Of a DNA stretch of 64,000 bases, positions 28,646-38,242 are shown in pieces (the first letter of the stretch is position 1; each line of letters opens with the position of its first letter). The position numbers were made by a program, and so were the translations under genes. The stretch lies in the IMG/VR virus record IMGVR_UViG_3300014834_000367, positions 33,764 through 97,763 of that record; one strand, written 5' to 3'. A model generated the notes under the pieces. It saw only the letters and a list, made by a program, of their open reading frames with translations, made no database searches and was not told where the DNA came from. Origin of the DNA: a virus.

Positions 28646-29992
28646 ATGATGTTAAAAACTCTAGCTTCTCTTCTGGCATTAACACAAAAAATAGAAGAGG
28701 CCGAAGACCATTCACACGGTTATCAGCCACATGGCCATAAAGCTTTAGATTTGCCAGAATATCATGATGATGAAGATGGCGGCAAGTGGGTCCCAACTGG
28801 TAAAACGGCTAAACATTCTGAGACCGGCAAAACCACCTATGAATATGCCAAATATGATAAAGATGGTAATAAAACCGGGCAACGTCATTACAAAGACGCA
28901 GAAGGCAATTTCATGGGCGAAAGCGTAAAATTAAAAGAAGAAACCGCCTTTGCTAGAGCCATGAAAAAAGCCATTGACGCCGAAGAGCGTGGAGATACCA
29001 AGCGCCTTCAGTATCATCTTAAAAATGCAAAAATGGCGCGTTATGGTTTAAAATCAACTGAAATGTCCAAGCTTAAAGATCTGCTTGACAAATATATGGA
29101 ATTGCGTGATAAGCATGCCCCTTTGGAAGAAGCCAAAGGAAAATTGATGTATGAGCCAAAACACACATTATGGGCAGTTATTCCTAAATCCAAGAAAGAA
29201 TTTGTTAAAACTTTTGCCATGAATAAACATGCAGACGCCGAGCAATACGCACACGAAACTGCTGGTAAATTAGTTAAGATAGATCAAGCCGGCAGAGTCA
29301 TCAAAGAGCAAAAAGCATCAGAAGAAGCGCTCCATTTAATGGAGCCAATTGGTCAAGTAAGAAGAGCAATTAACGGCTTGCACGATTTTAAAGCCATTAT
29401 GTCTGCTACACACGGCGTCGCACAACGAAAAGTTGGCAAAGACGGTAAAGTTTATTATGTAGTTAGAGGTAAATTAGCTGGCCGTTACGATCCACTTGAG
29501 GGAGCTGGAGTAATTTATTCAAAGTCCAAAACAGAAGTGTCAGAAGATTATCGTTATCTTGGCGCCGCTGCAGCATATGAGGCTGAAGAGTTTAAGGTTG
29601 GCGATAAGGTCAAAGTTAAAATGGGCGGCATGTGGCACGATGCCGAAGTTACTGATGGCCCACATAAGATGTCTGGTCATATTGAAGCAAAGTTCAAATA
29701 TGGTAAGAAGACATTCAAAACACGTTTTGATCCAAAAATGGAAGTAAAAAAGATCAGCGAAGAAGTTCAAGAATCACAGCATGACATGGTATCTTTCTAT
29801 CTTGAAACAGAAAGAGCTTATGAACACGTTATGGATAAATTTGGCCATGTTATAGATTGGAATGAAGACACTGGCATGATGGTTATGCCCAGGAAATATT
29901 GGGGCGCAATGCAAGAAATAGCTCTCGCAGCCGATGGTATTGGTGCTACTGAAGAGGATTATATCGAAAAAAATCCGGAACATTATAAATGA
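28646..29992 (+). CDS. Putative internal head protein (modular, Glu-site rich)
   Basis: Late-promoter-like AATAAATA upstream; modules separated by LKE/LEE/ISE/VQE sites. Confidence 0.55.
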   Translation: MMLKTLASLLALTQKIEEAEDHSHGYQPHGHKALDLPEYHDDEDGGKWVPTGKTAKHSETGKTTYEYAKYDKDGNKTGQRHYKDAEGNFMGESVKLKEETAFARAMKKAIDAEERGDTKRLQYHLKNAKMARYGLKSTEMSKLKDLLDKYMELRDKHAPLEEAKGKLMYEPKHTLWAVIPKSKKEFVKTFAMNKHADAEQYAHETAGKLVKIDQAGRVIKEQKASEEALHLMEPIGQVRRAINGLHDFKAIMSATHGVAQRKVGKDGKVYYVVRGKLAGRYDPLEGAGVIYSKSKTEVSEDYRYLGAAAAYEAEEFKVGDKVKVKMGGMWHDAEVTDGPHKMSGHIEAKFKYGKKTFKTRFDPKMEVKKISEEVQESQHDMVSFYLETERAYEHVMDKFGHVIDWNEDTGMMVMPRKYWGAMQEIALAADGIGATEEDYIEKNPEHYK

Positions 29993-30789
29993 AATTAAAT
30001 TGTTTATTTGAAGACGCGAGCTCAGCTGAAGAAATACTGCGTAAAATTTTAAATGCCGCCGCGAATGATAAAGGTCTCTCCATATCTATTCGCGGCGTAG
30101 AAGGCCCACCTCTACCTGCGGCGTACGTTAAAGCGATTGCGAAATTTTACGAAATGTCGCCAAAGTATATGGCCAAAGAAAAATTTTTGCAGCTTTTTGA
30201 TGATCCAAATCTATTTGTGCAAATGCTCAAAGACGCATCTTTTAAAAAGCTTGTTGCGTATTATCAGGATGCTGAAAATTATATGTCACGTTCTGATACA
30301 TTTAAACCCATGTCATGGCAAAGTAAAACGCAAAAAGATAAAGAATTTAAACCATTTGAAATGCCAAATAAACCAAAAACTGGATTTACTGATTTTGACA
30401 CATTTATGAAAAAGAGCGCAGAGACAGTATTTCCTAAAGAGCCTCATGATATTAAACGTCATGCATCAGCTGCAGCTGCTTATAAAACAGTTTCCAAAAT
30501 GGAAAATATTATCCTTAATAAATTTATTCAAAATATAATAACCGAAGTGTGGGACGATAGTGCAGCAAAAGACGCCGAAGGCCGTTGGGCAAAATATCGA
30601 GATGGAAAAATAGGTGTTACGGCTATGGCGAAATGGTTGTATTCTTCAAGAGTTCATAAAAGCTCCAAGGCAGATAAATTAAAATCAGCGTATGGCGCCA
30701 TCGCGCAGCAACAAAACACTTCAAAATTAATTTCTGCCGCTAAAGCCGAGGCACTGCGAGCAGAATTAAAGAAACTTTACCAGGCCTAA
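29989..30789 (+). CDS. Putative internal head protein
   Basis: Leader MKLNCLFE. Confidence 0.5.
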   Translation: MKLNCLFEDASSAEEILRKILNAAANDKGLSISIRGVEGPPLPAAYVKAIAKFYEMSPKYMAKEKFLQLFDDPNLFVQMLKDASFKKLVAYYQDAENYMSRSDTFKPMSWQSKTQKDKEFKPFEMPNKPKTGFTDFDTFMKKSAETVFPKEPHDIKRHASAAAAYKTVSKMENIILNKFIQNIITEVWDDSAAKDAEGRWAKYRDGKIGVTAMAKWLYSSRVHKSSKADKLKSAYGAIAQQQNTSKLISAAKAEALRAELKKLYQA

Positions 30790-30791
30790 TT

Positions 30792-30989
30792 ATGATCACG
30801 TTTAAAGAATTTATTGACTTAGCTGAGCTTAAGTATCCAGGCAACATTGGGATTATGGAACTTTCAAAGTTTTATAAAATTGCAACCCCTGAAGAAAAAG
30901 CTCAGATGAAAAAATTATTAGCAACTGATAAGAAAGCTGCTTGGGAATTCCTTCAAAAAGTAACTGGCACTGAGCTTGAACCAGTATAA
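30792..30989 (+). CDS. Small putative internal head protein
   Basis: Leader MITFKEFIDLAE resembles the T4 IP capsid-targeting sequence. Confidence 0.6.
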   Translation: MITFKEFIDLAELKYPGNIGIMELSKFYKIATPEEKAQMKKLLATDKKAAWEFLQKVTGTELEPV

Positions 30990-31003
30990 ATCGAGAAACA
31001 AAA

Positions 31004-31240
31004 ATGCAATTATTAAAATCACTTATCAATCTGCGTGAAGCGCTTGAACAATCTGAAAAAGATTCGATTGAGCGTTCAATTGAAAGATTAGCAAAATATA
31101 AAAAGGCAGCAGCGGCTGATGCAAAAATGGCTGACGCTGAAGAAGATTTTGAACGTGGAAATAAACGATTTAAAGGTATAAATCGTGCCACCAAAAAACA
31201 ATTCGCGCTGGCTTTAAGGAAAATAAAAGGCGAAAGCTAA
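31004..31240 (+). CDS. Small putative internal head protein
   Basis: Leader MQLLKSLINLRE. Confidence 0.55.
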   Translation: MQLLKSLINLREALEQSEKDSIERSIERLAKYKKAAAADAKMADAEEDFERGNKRFKGINRATKKQFALALRKIKGES

Positions 31241-31245
31241 TTGTC

Positions 31246-32070
31246 ATGATTACGTTTAAAGAATTCTTATACGAAAATGATCAAAAGTTGCAGGCCACTT
31301 CCTTGCAAATGGATGATGCTCTTAGCGAGTTGAATGAGAACGCGTCAGATGCTTCATGGATGCTTACAAAAAATATGCCATTTTACCGTGGAGAAAATTC
31401 ACGGGCCATTCTAGAAAAAATAGCAGAAACAGGTTTTGTTATTGTTGATCCAAGCAAAACTTCAAGAAAGAGCGTCAGCACTAGTAATTATTACACGACC
31501 ATTTTTGATAATATCCCTTCACGGAAAGATTTTCCTAAAAGATCTCGTTCTTTAATTGCTTCAACTGATGAAACAACGGCTAAGGGGTATACGTCTTCAA
31601 CTCCACTTAGACTTATCCCGCTGAACGGCGTAAAAATTGGCGTAGTGAATAAACCAGACATGTGGAATACTAAGCTTAATAAATTTTATAATATGTCAAA
31701 GATCTCAGTCGATGATTTGAATAAAATCTGGCAAAAGATTAAAGATATTGATGATTCGGATTGGTCATCATTTTTAGAATTTGATAAACGTCTTAAGGCT
31801 GGAGATAAAAAAGCTTCTGAACAGTTACGTCAAGCACTGTATGATTCTGGTTGGCATTTTGGTAGAATTGAATTCACTGGAGAAATTCCAAAACAGTTTA
31901 CGGATTTTATAGAAGAAGTCGATTCGGCTTATAGTCCAGAATCCACTGGCCATGCCTGGTACACGACGAAAAATCTCCCGCATGATTTGGGCAATACTGA
32001 AGTCTGGATTGGCGGTCCAGTAATGTGCATAAGTAAAAACAAGTGGGAAGAATTGCGCCAGATGGTGTAA
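31246..32070 (+). CDS. Putative internal head protein
   Basis: Leader MITFKEFLYE; YRG...S...EVW pattern. Confidence 0.55.
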   Translation: MITFKEFLYENDQKLQATSLQMDDALSELNENASDASWMLTKNMPFYRGENSRAILEKIAETGFVIVDPSKTSRKSVSTSNYYTTIFDNIPSRKDFPKRSRSLIASTDETTAKGYTSSTPLRLIPLNGVKIGVVNKPDMWNTKLNKFYNMSKISVDDLNKIWQKIKDIDDSDWSSFLEFDKRLKAGDKKASEQLRQALYDSGWHFGRIEFTGEIPKQFTDFIEEVDSAYSPESTGHAWYTTKNLPHDLGNTEVWIGGPVMCISKNKWEELRQMV

Positions 32071-32087
32071 TTTTAAATGTAAAGAAA

Positions 32088-32118
32088 ATAAAATCGGGAG
32101 CAATGCTCCCGATTTCTT
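32088..32118. terminator. Bidirectional terminator between convergent genes
   Basis: aaatcgggagc-aat-gctcccgattt. Confidence 0.8.
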
Positions 32119-32393
32119 TAGGCTCTGCCAATCTCAAATTGCGTTTTATCTTTTCCGACCAGCCATTTAGGAGTTTTACCCCTTCCTGCCCATGTCTCTC
32201 CAGTTTCTGGATTGACATACTTTGGCTCGACCTTAATCGAGATATCGGAAAATAAATCCTGCGCAACTAGAGAGTGTTTTGCTATAAGCCCTTTAATCAT
32301 CGTAATATCACTATCTCTTTCGCTTTGTTTTATACTTTTTATTTTTGATTCTAATTCTTCTCTCTGTTTTATTAGTTCTTCTAATGATGTCAT
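32118..32393 (-). CDS. H-NS family nucleoid-associated protein
   Basis: PKYVNPETGETWAGRGKTPKW and an N-terminal coiled coil. Confidence 0.9.
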   Translation of the reverse strand: MTSLEELIKQREELESKIKSIKQSERDSDITMIKGLIAKHSLVAQDLFSDISIKVEPKYVNPETGETWAGRGKTPKWLVGKDKTQFEIGRA

Positions 32394-32586
32394 ATGATTT
32401 TCCTAAAATGTCTAAACTTTAAAAATATAAACTACAAAATACGCTAAACAACAAAAAATAATTGTACTTTTGTATATTTATATTCCACCTGGAACTTTTC
32501 CTTAATTTTACTGATTTATTTATTAATTATTTACTAACTTTTCTTACAAAATAGCGCTGAGTTTTTTGCGGTTTTTTCGCGTATTT

Positions 32587-32594
32587 TATAAATA
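32587..32594 (+). promoter_or_regulatory. Late promoter TATAAATA heading the 32.7-38.1 kb module
   Basis: Exact motif in the intergenic region. Confidence 0.6.
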
Positions 32595-32683
32595 GATTTT
32601 GATAATATTTTCAAATATTATCTGATGACATTTAGATAATGTTGAAGTAATATTAACTGGTAATCATTAAGGGAGAAACTAGT

Positions 32684-33226
32684 ATGGATCCACTTTTCCA
32701 AATTTACACAAAGATGGGAGAAATCGAAACCAAAGTTGCTGATAGCGTTTTCGAGAACTACAAGCTGCAAGTTGCGCAAGCAAATGATATTAACAACCGT
32801 GCGATGCAAACCGCATTTCACACTGATTCCGCTTTAGCTGCATTGAAACAAGCTGTTGCTGATGCCAACACACAAACCCTCCTCGGCTTCGAGCGTCTCA
32901 ACGCCGCTGTTCAGCTGGCCGCCGCTCATACCAATGAAGTCACAATGAACGAAGCCGGGGCCACCCGCGCTCTCATTGGCACAATTGATCGTGAAAACCT
33001 GAATCGTCAGCTCACAGATCGCTTTACTGAAATTGCTGCTCTCCGTGAAGGCTATCGCGGTTTTGAGCGTGATTGGGGCCGTCTCAATGGCGCCTATCAA
33101 GCTCTTGGCGTCAATTCACAGCTTAGCGCTCTTGCTAGCCAAATTCAGGGAGTCCGTCAAGGCGTCATCAACACTGGCACAATGACAGGCACTTCACAGA
33201 CAGCTACACCTACTAACATTGGCTAA
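32684..33226 (+). CDS. Ala/Gln/Asn-rich helical protein, paralogue A
   Basis: Near-duplicate of the next gene; C-terminus QGVINTGTMTGTSQTATPTNIG. Confidence 0.75.
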   Translation: MDPLFQIYTKMGEIETKVADSVFENYKLQVAQANDINNRAMQTAFHTDSALAALKQAVADANTQTLLGFERLNAAVQLAAAHTNEVTMNEAGATRALIGTIDRENLNRQLTDRFTEIAALREGYRGFERDWGRLNGAYQALGVNSQLSALASQIQGVRQGVINTGTMTGTSQTATPTNIG

Positions 33227-33237
33227 GGAGTAATATT

Positions 33238-33822
33238 ATGAATGGTACTGAAACATCATGGGCTAGTTTCGTTTCTGACCCGCTTTTTCAAGTTTACACA
33301 AAAGCTGGCGAAATTGAAACAAAGGTCTCGGAAAGTATTTTCGAGAACTACAAGTTGCAAGTTGCGCAAGCAAATGACATGAACAATCGCGCTATGCAGA
33401 CTGCATTTCACACAGCAAACGCAATTGCCGCGCTGAAAGATGCTGTTAATAGCGCAAACACTCAAGCATTACTTGGTTTTGAGCGTGCTAAAGCTGCTGT
33501 TCAGCTGGCTGCTGCTCATACCAATGAAGTCACAATGGCTGAATCGGGCAGCACAAATGGCGTTCTCGGCTCAATTGATCGTGAAAATCTGAATCGTCAG
33601 CTCACAGATCGTGCTACTGAGATCGCTGCGTTATCTGCCGGTTATCGTGGCTTTGAGCGTGATTGGGAAGCGTTGAATTCTTCAGTGCAAGTTGCTGGAG
33701 TCAATAGCCAAGTTGCTGCGGTTGGAAGTCAGTTGCAGGGTGTTGGACAGGGTTTTGTGAATACGGGAGTTGCTACTGATACAACTCAGACAGCAACGCC
33801 GACAAATATTGGTCCTCTTTAA
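33238..33822 (+). CDS. Ala/Gln/Asn-rich helical protein, paralogue B
   Basis: Shares FENYKLQVAQAND and IDRENLNRQLTDR; C-terminus QGFVNTGVATDTTQTATPTNIGPL. Confidence 0.75.
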   Translation: MNGTETSWASFVSDPLFQVYTKAGEIETKVSESIFENYKLQVAQANDMNNRAMQTAFHTANAIAALKDAVNSANTQALLGFERAKAAVQLAAAHTNEVTMAESGSTNGVLGSIDRENLNRQLTDRATEIAALSAGYRGFERDWEALNSSVQVAGVNSQVAAVGSQLQGVGQGFVNTGVATDTTQTATPTNIGPL

Positions 33823-33846
33823 TTCTTAATTAAGAAAGGACCAATT

Positions 33847-33978
33847 ATGTTTGGATATTACCCGTACCCATGCAATTACGGTTATCCTTATGGAAACCCC
33901 TTTTGCTATGGGCCATATTACTCATATCCATACTCATATTGGTACGCACGTCCATATTACAGGCCGTATTGGTATTAA
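33847..33978 (+). CDS. Tyr/Pro-rich peptide (43 aa, 17 Tyr)
   Basis: AAAGGA RBS; MFGYYPYPCNYGYPYGNPFCYGPYYSYPYSYWYARPYYRPYWY*. Confidence 0.7.
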   Translation: MFGYYPYPCNYGYPYGNPFCYGPYYSYPYSYWYARPYYRPYWY

Positions 33979-34012
33979 AAGACGTGAAGTGAGTTGAACT
34001 GTTGTAAACGTG

Positions 34013-34042
34013 ACCAAAACGGGCGAAAGTCCGTTTTGGTTG
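34013..34042 (+). terminator. Hairpin / probable terminator
   Basis: accaaaacgggc-gaaa-gtccgttttggt. Confidence 0.6.
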
Positions 34043-34060
34043 CAAATTTAAGGAAATACT

Positions 34061-34606
34061 ATGTTTAAAGTTAATATTGAAACGAAAAAAGATCGAGAAA
34101 ATGTAAGAGTGATGATGCGCGATTGTATGTGGAAAATTCGCACTATGACAGTCAGCAGTGTTGCATTATCCCCAGACGAAAGAATTGCTGAGCGTTGGGT
34201 TATTGACGCAATTAATGAATTGCGAAAATTTTTTATTTCTAAAATTAATGAGGAAGTTGGAAGTTTATTTTATGTCGTAATGATGAGGCTCTTATTAATT
34301 TTAAAAACCAAAATTTATGAAATTAGGCACGAACAATTTAGAACAACATTAACTGATGAAGATGAAGAATTCATCAATCAATTATCACAGCTTTTAATTA
34401 TGTTAAACAAAAATATAAAAACTACATCAGAACCAAAGGAAATTTCACACATATTTTTACAACTTTGGTTAAATCAGATTTTAGCTCGCACTGCCCAAGA
34501 ATGGGAATTGGAACAATCTTATGTTGATGAGTTATTTGAAACCGCTGACATGCTTTCGAATCTCATAAATCGTAATATTTCGTTCACGACAAACATAGGA
34601 GCTTAA
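34061..34606 (+). CDS. Helical hypothetical protein
   Basis: AAGGA RBS; ends TTNIGA. Confidence 0.65.
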   Translation: MFKVNIETKKDRENVRVMMRDCMWKIRTMTVSSVALSPDERIAERWVIDAINELRKFFISKINEEVGSLFYVVMMRLLLILKTKIYEIRHEQFRTTLTDEDEEFINQLSQLLIMLNKNIKTTSEPKEISHIFLQLWLNQILARTAQEWELEQSYVDELFETADMLSNLINRNISFTTNIGA

Positions 34607-34612
34607 GCTATC

Positions 34613-34822
34613 ATGTATTACAGATATTATTGCACGCCATATAGCCAATATTGTAGAGCATACGTTCCATATTGGGAATTATATAAACAGTACTATTATC
34701 CATCAATTTACGGCAGCCAGCTGCAGTACGCAAACCAGAACCTGGTTAATACTGGATTTATGTCTGATACAAATCAGATTATTTCACAAACAAATTTAGG
34801 CCGTTCTGGCCTGCCAGAGTAG
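34613..34822 (+). CDS. Tyr-rich small protein carrying the shared C-terminal motif
   Basis: MYYRYYCTPY...QNLVNTGFMSDTNQIISQTNLG. Confidence 0.7.
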   Translation: MYYRYYCTPYSQYCRAYVPYWELYKQYYYPSIYGSQLQYANQNLVNTGFMSDTNQIISQTNLGRSGLPE

Positions 34823-34831
34823 AGGCAAAAA

Positions 34832-35479
34832 ATGTCTCAAAACGATAATTTAAACAAACAGCTGCATGATTTAAATTCTGTGCTGGCATTCCTGAAATAT
34901 TCTAAAAATTCGCCGTTGGTCGGAATCCCAACCGCATATCAAGATGTCGTTTTGGGAGCACTGCTCGATGGAGACTGTTCAGATATGGTAGCTATAGATG
35001 TCAATGGCCAACAGGGCCCGCCTGGACCTCCAGGACCTCCAGGACCTCCAGGACCTCCAGGACCTCCAGGACCACAAGGCGATCAGGGCATACAGGGCTT
35101 GCAGGGAGAGCCAGGACCCCCAGGAGAACAAGGCATACAAGGAGAACAGGGGCCTCCAGGGCCACAGGGAGATCCAGGGCCACAGGGCCCTCCTGGAGAA
35201 CTTATCGTCCCAGTTGTTATCGTCACAGAGACACCTTATAATGCAGCTGCTGGAGATTATTATATTGGTGTGAATGTTATTTCTCCAAGTGTCATTAATC
35301 TACCAGCCGGCCCTATTGGAAAAATTTATGTAGTTAAGGACATTTCCGGAACTGCTGATACAAATCCAATAACAATTCAGGACGTAACTACGATAGATGG
35401 CGCTGCTTCAGCGGTGATTAACACGTCATACGGCAGTTTAACTTTCATATTCAACGGAATTGAATGGAGTCTAGTATAA
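34832..35479 (+). CDS. Collagen-like fibre protein
   Basis: Uninterrupted G-X-Y tract with a (GPP)n run; C-terminal DYYIGV..LP..TIDG..W domain. Confidence 0.85.
   Translation: MSQNDNLNKQLHDLNSVLAFLKYSKNSPLVGIPTAYQDVVLGALLDGDCSDMVAIDVNGQQGPPGPPGPPGPPGPPGPPGPQGDQGIQGLQGEPGPPGEQGIQGEQGPPGPQGDPGPQGPPGELIVPVVIVTETPYNAAAGDYYIGVNVISPSVINLPAGPIGKIYVVKDISGTADTNPITIQDVTTIDGAASAVINTSYGSLTFIFNGIEWSLV
35024..35075 (+). repeat. 9-bp tandem repeat (ggacctcca) encoding GPP
   Basis: About 5-6 consecutive copies. Confidence 0.85.
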
Positions 35480-36033
35480 TGGCATTCAAAGAACCATTAG
35501 CCAGCACGTCTTCTCATGGCGTAGTAAAAATCGGAGCTGGATTATCCGTAAACAACGGAATAATATCTGTGAGTTCAACTGGAATCTTAGATCAGGCATA
35601 TTTTTATGATACTTCCATACAAACAAATCCTGTTGCAAATGCCATCAATCTTGTTTCTTTTAATAACACCGGCATAAGTTCTGGCATTTCAATAATTGCC
35701 GGAACACAAATAACGGTTTCGAAAACTGCAAATTACAACTTGCAGTTTTCAGTTCAGCTTGACAAAACGGATGCTGGTACTGATGACGTCGATATTTGGA
35801 TTTTGAAAAATGGTTTAACATATCCAGACACCAATACTTCATTATCATTAGTTGGAAATAATACAGTGCTTTTGGCAGGCTGGAGCTATATACTGTCTCT
35901 TAATTCTGGTGATTATGTTGAATTAGCTTGGCAGTCAACAGATATTAATCTTAGGCTATTTGCAAAACCGGCGCAAGTTGCCCCAATTAGACCAGTAACG
36001 CCCAGCGCCAGAGTCACAATAGTTCAACTGTAA
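35479..36033 (+). CDS. Fibre/decoration protein with a C1q/TNF-like beta domain
   Basis: ASTSSHGVVKIGAGLSV fibre motif; YNLQFSVQL and LNSGDYVEL. Confidence 0.65.
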   Translation: MAFKEPLASTSSHGVVKIGAGLSVNNGIISVSSTGILDQAYFYDTSIQTNPVANAINLVSFNNTGISSGISIIAGTQITVSKTANYNLQFSVQLDKTDAGTDDVDIWILKNGLTYPDTNTSLSLVGNNTVLLAGWSYILSLNSGDYVELAWQSTDINLRLFAKPAQVAPIRPVTPSARVTIVQL

Positions 36034-36048
36034 AACGGAACTACAAAA

Positions 36049-36552
36049 ATGGCTTATACGAGACCACCAAATACTACTAAAGCCGGAAGAGGATTAAAAC
36101 AGAATCCAGCGCCGTCACCACTAAGTCCATCAGGCGCACTGCCAGTAACACTTGATGCGGAGATAGCCACAACCACAACTTTAGGCATGGTTATTGTCGG
36201 CAATGGGATTAATGTTACACCAGAAGGCGTTATTTCAGTAAACACCAGTTCTTCTACATCAAGTTGCAAATGTTCTTCAATTTTAATTACAGGAAATTAT
36301 ACAGCGACTTTAGAAAATTATTTTATTGGTGCAAAATTAGATGAGGCTGCTACGATAACACTACCATTAGATCCACCAGATTGTATAGAGTATATCATAA
36401 AATTAGAGTTTGGACCACCAGTAGGAACAAGAAAACTTACTATTGTTCCAAGTGGAACAAATACGATTGACGGAAATAATTCAATTGTTCTAACAACTCC
36501 ATATCAGTCTGTTAATCTAATAAGCCACGATAGCAGCTGGTATCTCATATAA
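36049..36552 (+). CDS. Fibre/decoration protein
   Basis: ATTTTLGMVIVGNGINV and a YFIG..ITLP..TIDG..W domain. Confidence 0.65.
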   Translation: MAYTRPPNTTKAGRGLKQNPAPSPLSPSGALPVTLDAEIATTTTLGMVIVGNGINVTPEGVISVNTSSSTSSCKCSSILITGNYTATLENYFIGAKLDEAATITLPLDPPDCIEYIIKLEFGPPVGTRKLTIVPSGTNTIDGNNSIVLTTPYQSVNLISHDSSWYLI

Positions 36553-36562
36553 AGGTGATTAA

Positions 36563-37180
36563 ATGTCTTACTTATATCCTATTAGTACCTCAACAGAATT
36601 TGGCGTAGTAAAAGTAGGCAATAACATAAATGTTATTGACGGCGTTATTTCTGTGCCGCAGTATGTTGCTACAACTTCAAGTGTAAGTTTCTCTGGTGTT
36701 AGTGTTAGCGGAAATTTAAGTTTAGCCGGAAAATCTGTTATAACGAGCGTTACGCCAAGTGCTGGTCCAGGAATTTCATTAACAAGTGTTATATCGACTG
36801 GCACTTCGACTTCTTTCGTTATCAATAATACTGGCGTTTTAAGCTTAACACCAGGCGTCGGAATTTCGATTACCACGTCAACCGGTAATATTACTATTTC
36901 CGCTTCTGGTGTCGAAGTGGTCAATACTGTCGGAACAACAACCGCTACGTATGCCGTGACAACTAGCGACTATTATATTGGCGTAACATCATCTCCGTGT
37001 GTGGTAACATTACCAACAGGTATTACTGGCACAACATATATTATCAAAAATGAATCAAGTTCAAACGGTGTAAGCGTTCAGGGAACGTCCGAAACGATAG
37101 ATAATGCTTCAGTTAGAAATTTAAACAACGGCGCATCAATCACAGTAATATTCAGAGCAGGACAATGGCGCATCGTATAA
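36563..37180 (+). CDS. Ser/Thr-rich fibre/decoration protein
   Basis: FGVVKVGNNINV, GPGISL/GVGISI beta-spiral-like repeats and a DYYIGV domain. Confidence 0.65.
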   Translation: MSYLYPISTSTEFGVVKVGNNINVIDGVISVPQYVATTSSVSFSGVSVSGNLSLAGKSVITSVTPSAGPGISLTSVISTGTSTSFVINNTGVLSLTPGVGISITTSTGNITISASGVEVVNTVGTTTATYAVTTSDYYIGVTSSPCVVTLPTGITGTTYIIKNESSSNGVSVQGTSETIDNASVRNLNNGASITVIFRAGQWRIV

Positions 37181-37191
37181 TGAGGTGAAAT

Positions 37192-38115
37192 ATGAAAAAG
37201 GAATCTCAGGCTATGGAAATTTTACGAATGGCACGCGAATTGGTTATTAATGAACATACTGATAAGCGTGCTCAGATGCATAATGAATGGCTTGCCCAAT
37301 CAGAATATTTGTGGAAAACAAAAAAGCAGAAATTGCCGTATCCGACGATTCCTCCTTATCCAACTGAAGCTGAAATTTTAGTTCGTGCAAAAACTTTAAT
37401 AGGGTTTTTAAAAGATGATGAAGATATCAGTGTTGCTAAAATACAAAATGAAGTTCAACCTGAAACACCACTCGCAAAAATAACAGAATCTCAAAAGGAA
37501 GTTCCGTTAATAACAGCAGCTAATCAGATTTCTTCACCAAAGGAAAATGAAATAACTGATGCGATAGTGGTAGATGTACCAAAATCTGAACCAGAAACGT
37601 CAAGCAACGTATTAATTAAAAACCAAGTATCCCCGATGGTGCAGTCTGAAAACGCTTCAACTTTTTTGCCTGTCGAGCAATCAAATGGCAAAAAAGTTGA
37701 AGACTTTCAGGAATACGGCGAATGGGTACCAAAACTTATTACAAGTTCAAATGGCGGTGCAATTCAAGTTAAAAACAATTTTTCAGACTACGTAAAAATT
37801 GGAAAAATCATTTATCTGAATTTTGACATTAGCATAGAATCGTTGGCAGCTGGTTCAGATTCTAGTTTTGTTTTGTTAGATAATCTTCCATATATTTCTC
37901 GTGATGGAGGAACCTACTGCGGTTCATTAATAGTTTCATATTCTGAAGATATGAAAGTTTCTGTTTCCTCTATCACCGGTTCAGTAATTTCTGGAAGTTA
38001 TTCATGCGACATGTGGATTAAAAAAGCGACCGAATTAAATTTAGTTAGATTACAAAAAGGCGATTTAAAAAATAAAACGCGCCTGGTTGGAACAGTGAAT
38101 TATCTAACGAAATAA
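37192..38115 (+). CDS. Two-domain protein with a fibre-tip-like C-terminus
   Basis: N-terminal PYPTEAEIL.RA; C-terminal GEWVP..YVKIGK..LDNLPY. Confidence 0.5.
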   Translation: MKKESQAMEILRMARELVINEHTDKRAQMHNEWLAQSEYLWKTKKQKLPYPTIPPYPTEAEILVRAKTLIGFLKDDEDISVAKIQNEVQPETPLAKITESQKEVPLITAANQISSPKENEITDAIVVDVPKSEPETSSNVLIKNQVSPMVQSENASTFLPVEQSNGKKVEDFQEYGEWVPKLITSSNGGAIQVKNNFSDYVKIGKIIYLNFDISIESLAAGSDSSFVLLDNLPYISRDGGTYCGSLIVSYSEDMKVSVSSITGSVISGSYSCDMWIKKATELNLVRLQKGDLKNKTRLVGTVNYLTK

Positions 38116-38134
38116 AGATTATAAGATCCGCTTT

Positions 38135-38170
38135 GGGGCCGGCTACGGGCATTGCCGGCCCCTTTTTCTT
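38135..38170 (+). terminator. Intrinsic terminator
   Basis: ggggccggc...gccggcccc followed by a T run. Confidence 0.8.
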
Positions 38171-38242
38171 TATATTAATAGCGCATGTGTATTATAATAT
38201 CCAAATTGTAAATATTGCCATAACATATATGGAGATTTCATA

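Noticed and set aside
33845-34045. Minus-strand 66-aa ORF
   Set aside because: It is antisense to the Tyr-rich plus-strand ORF, which has the RBS and fits the operon direction.
34998-35273. LQD-repeat and LEV-repeat ORFs
   Set aside because: They are alternative frames of the collagen GPP repeat.
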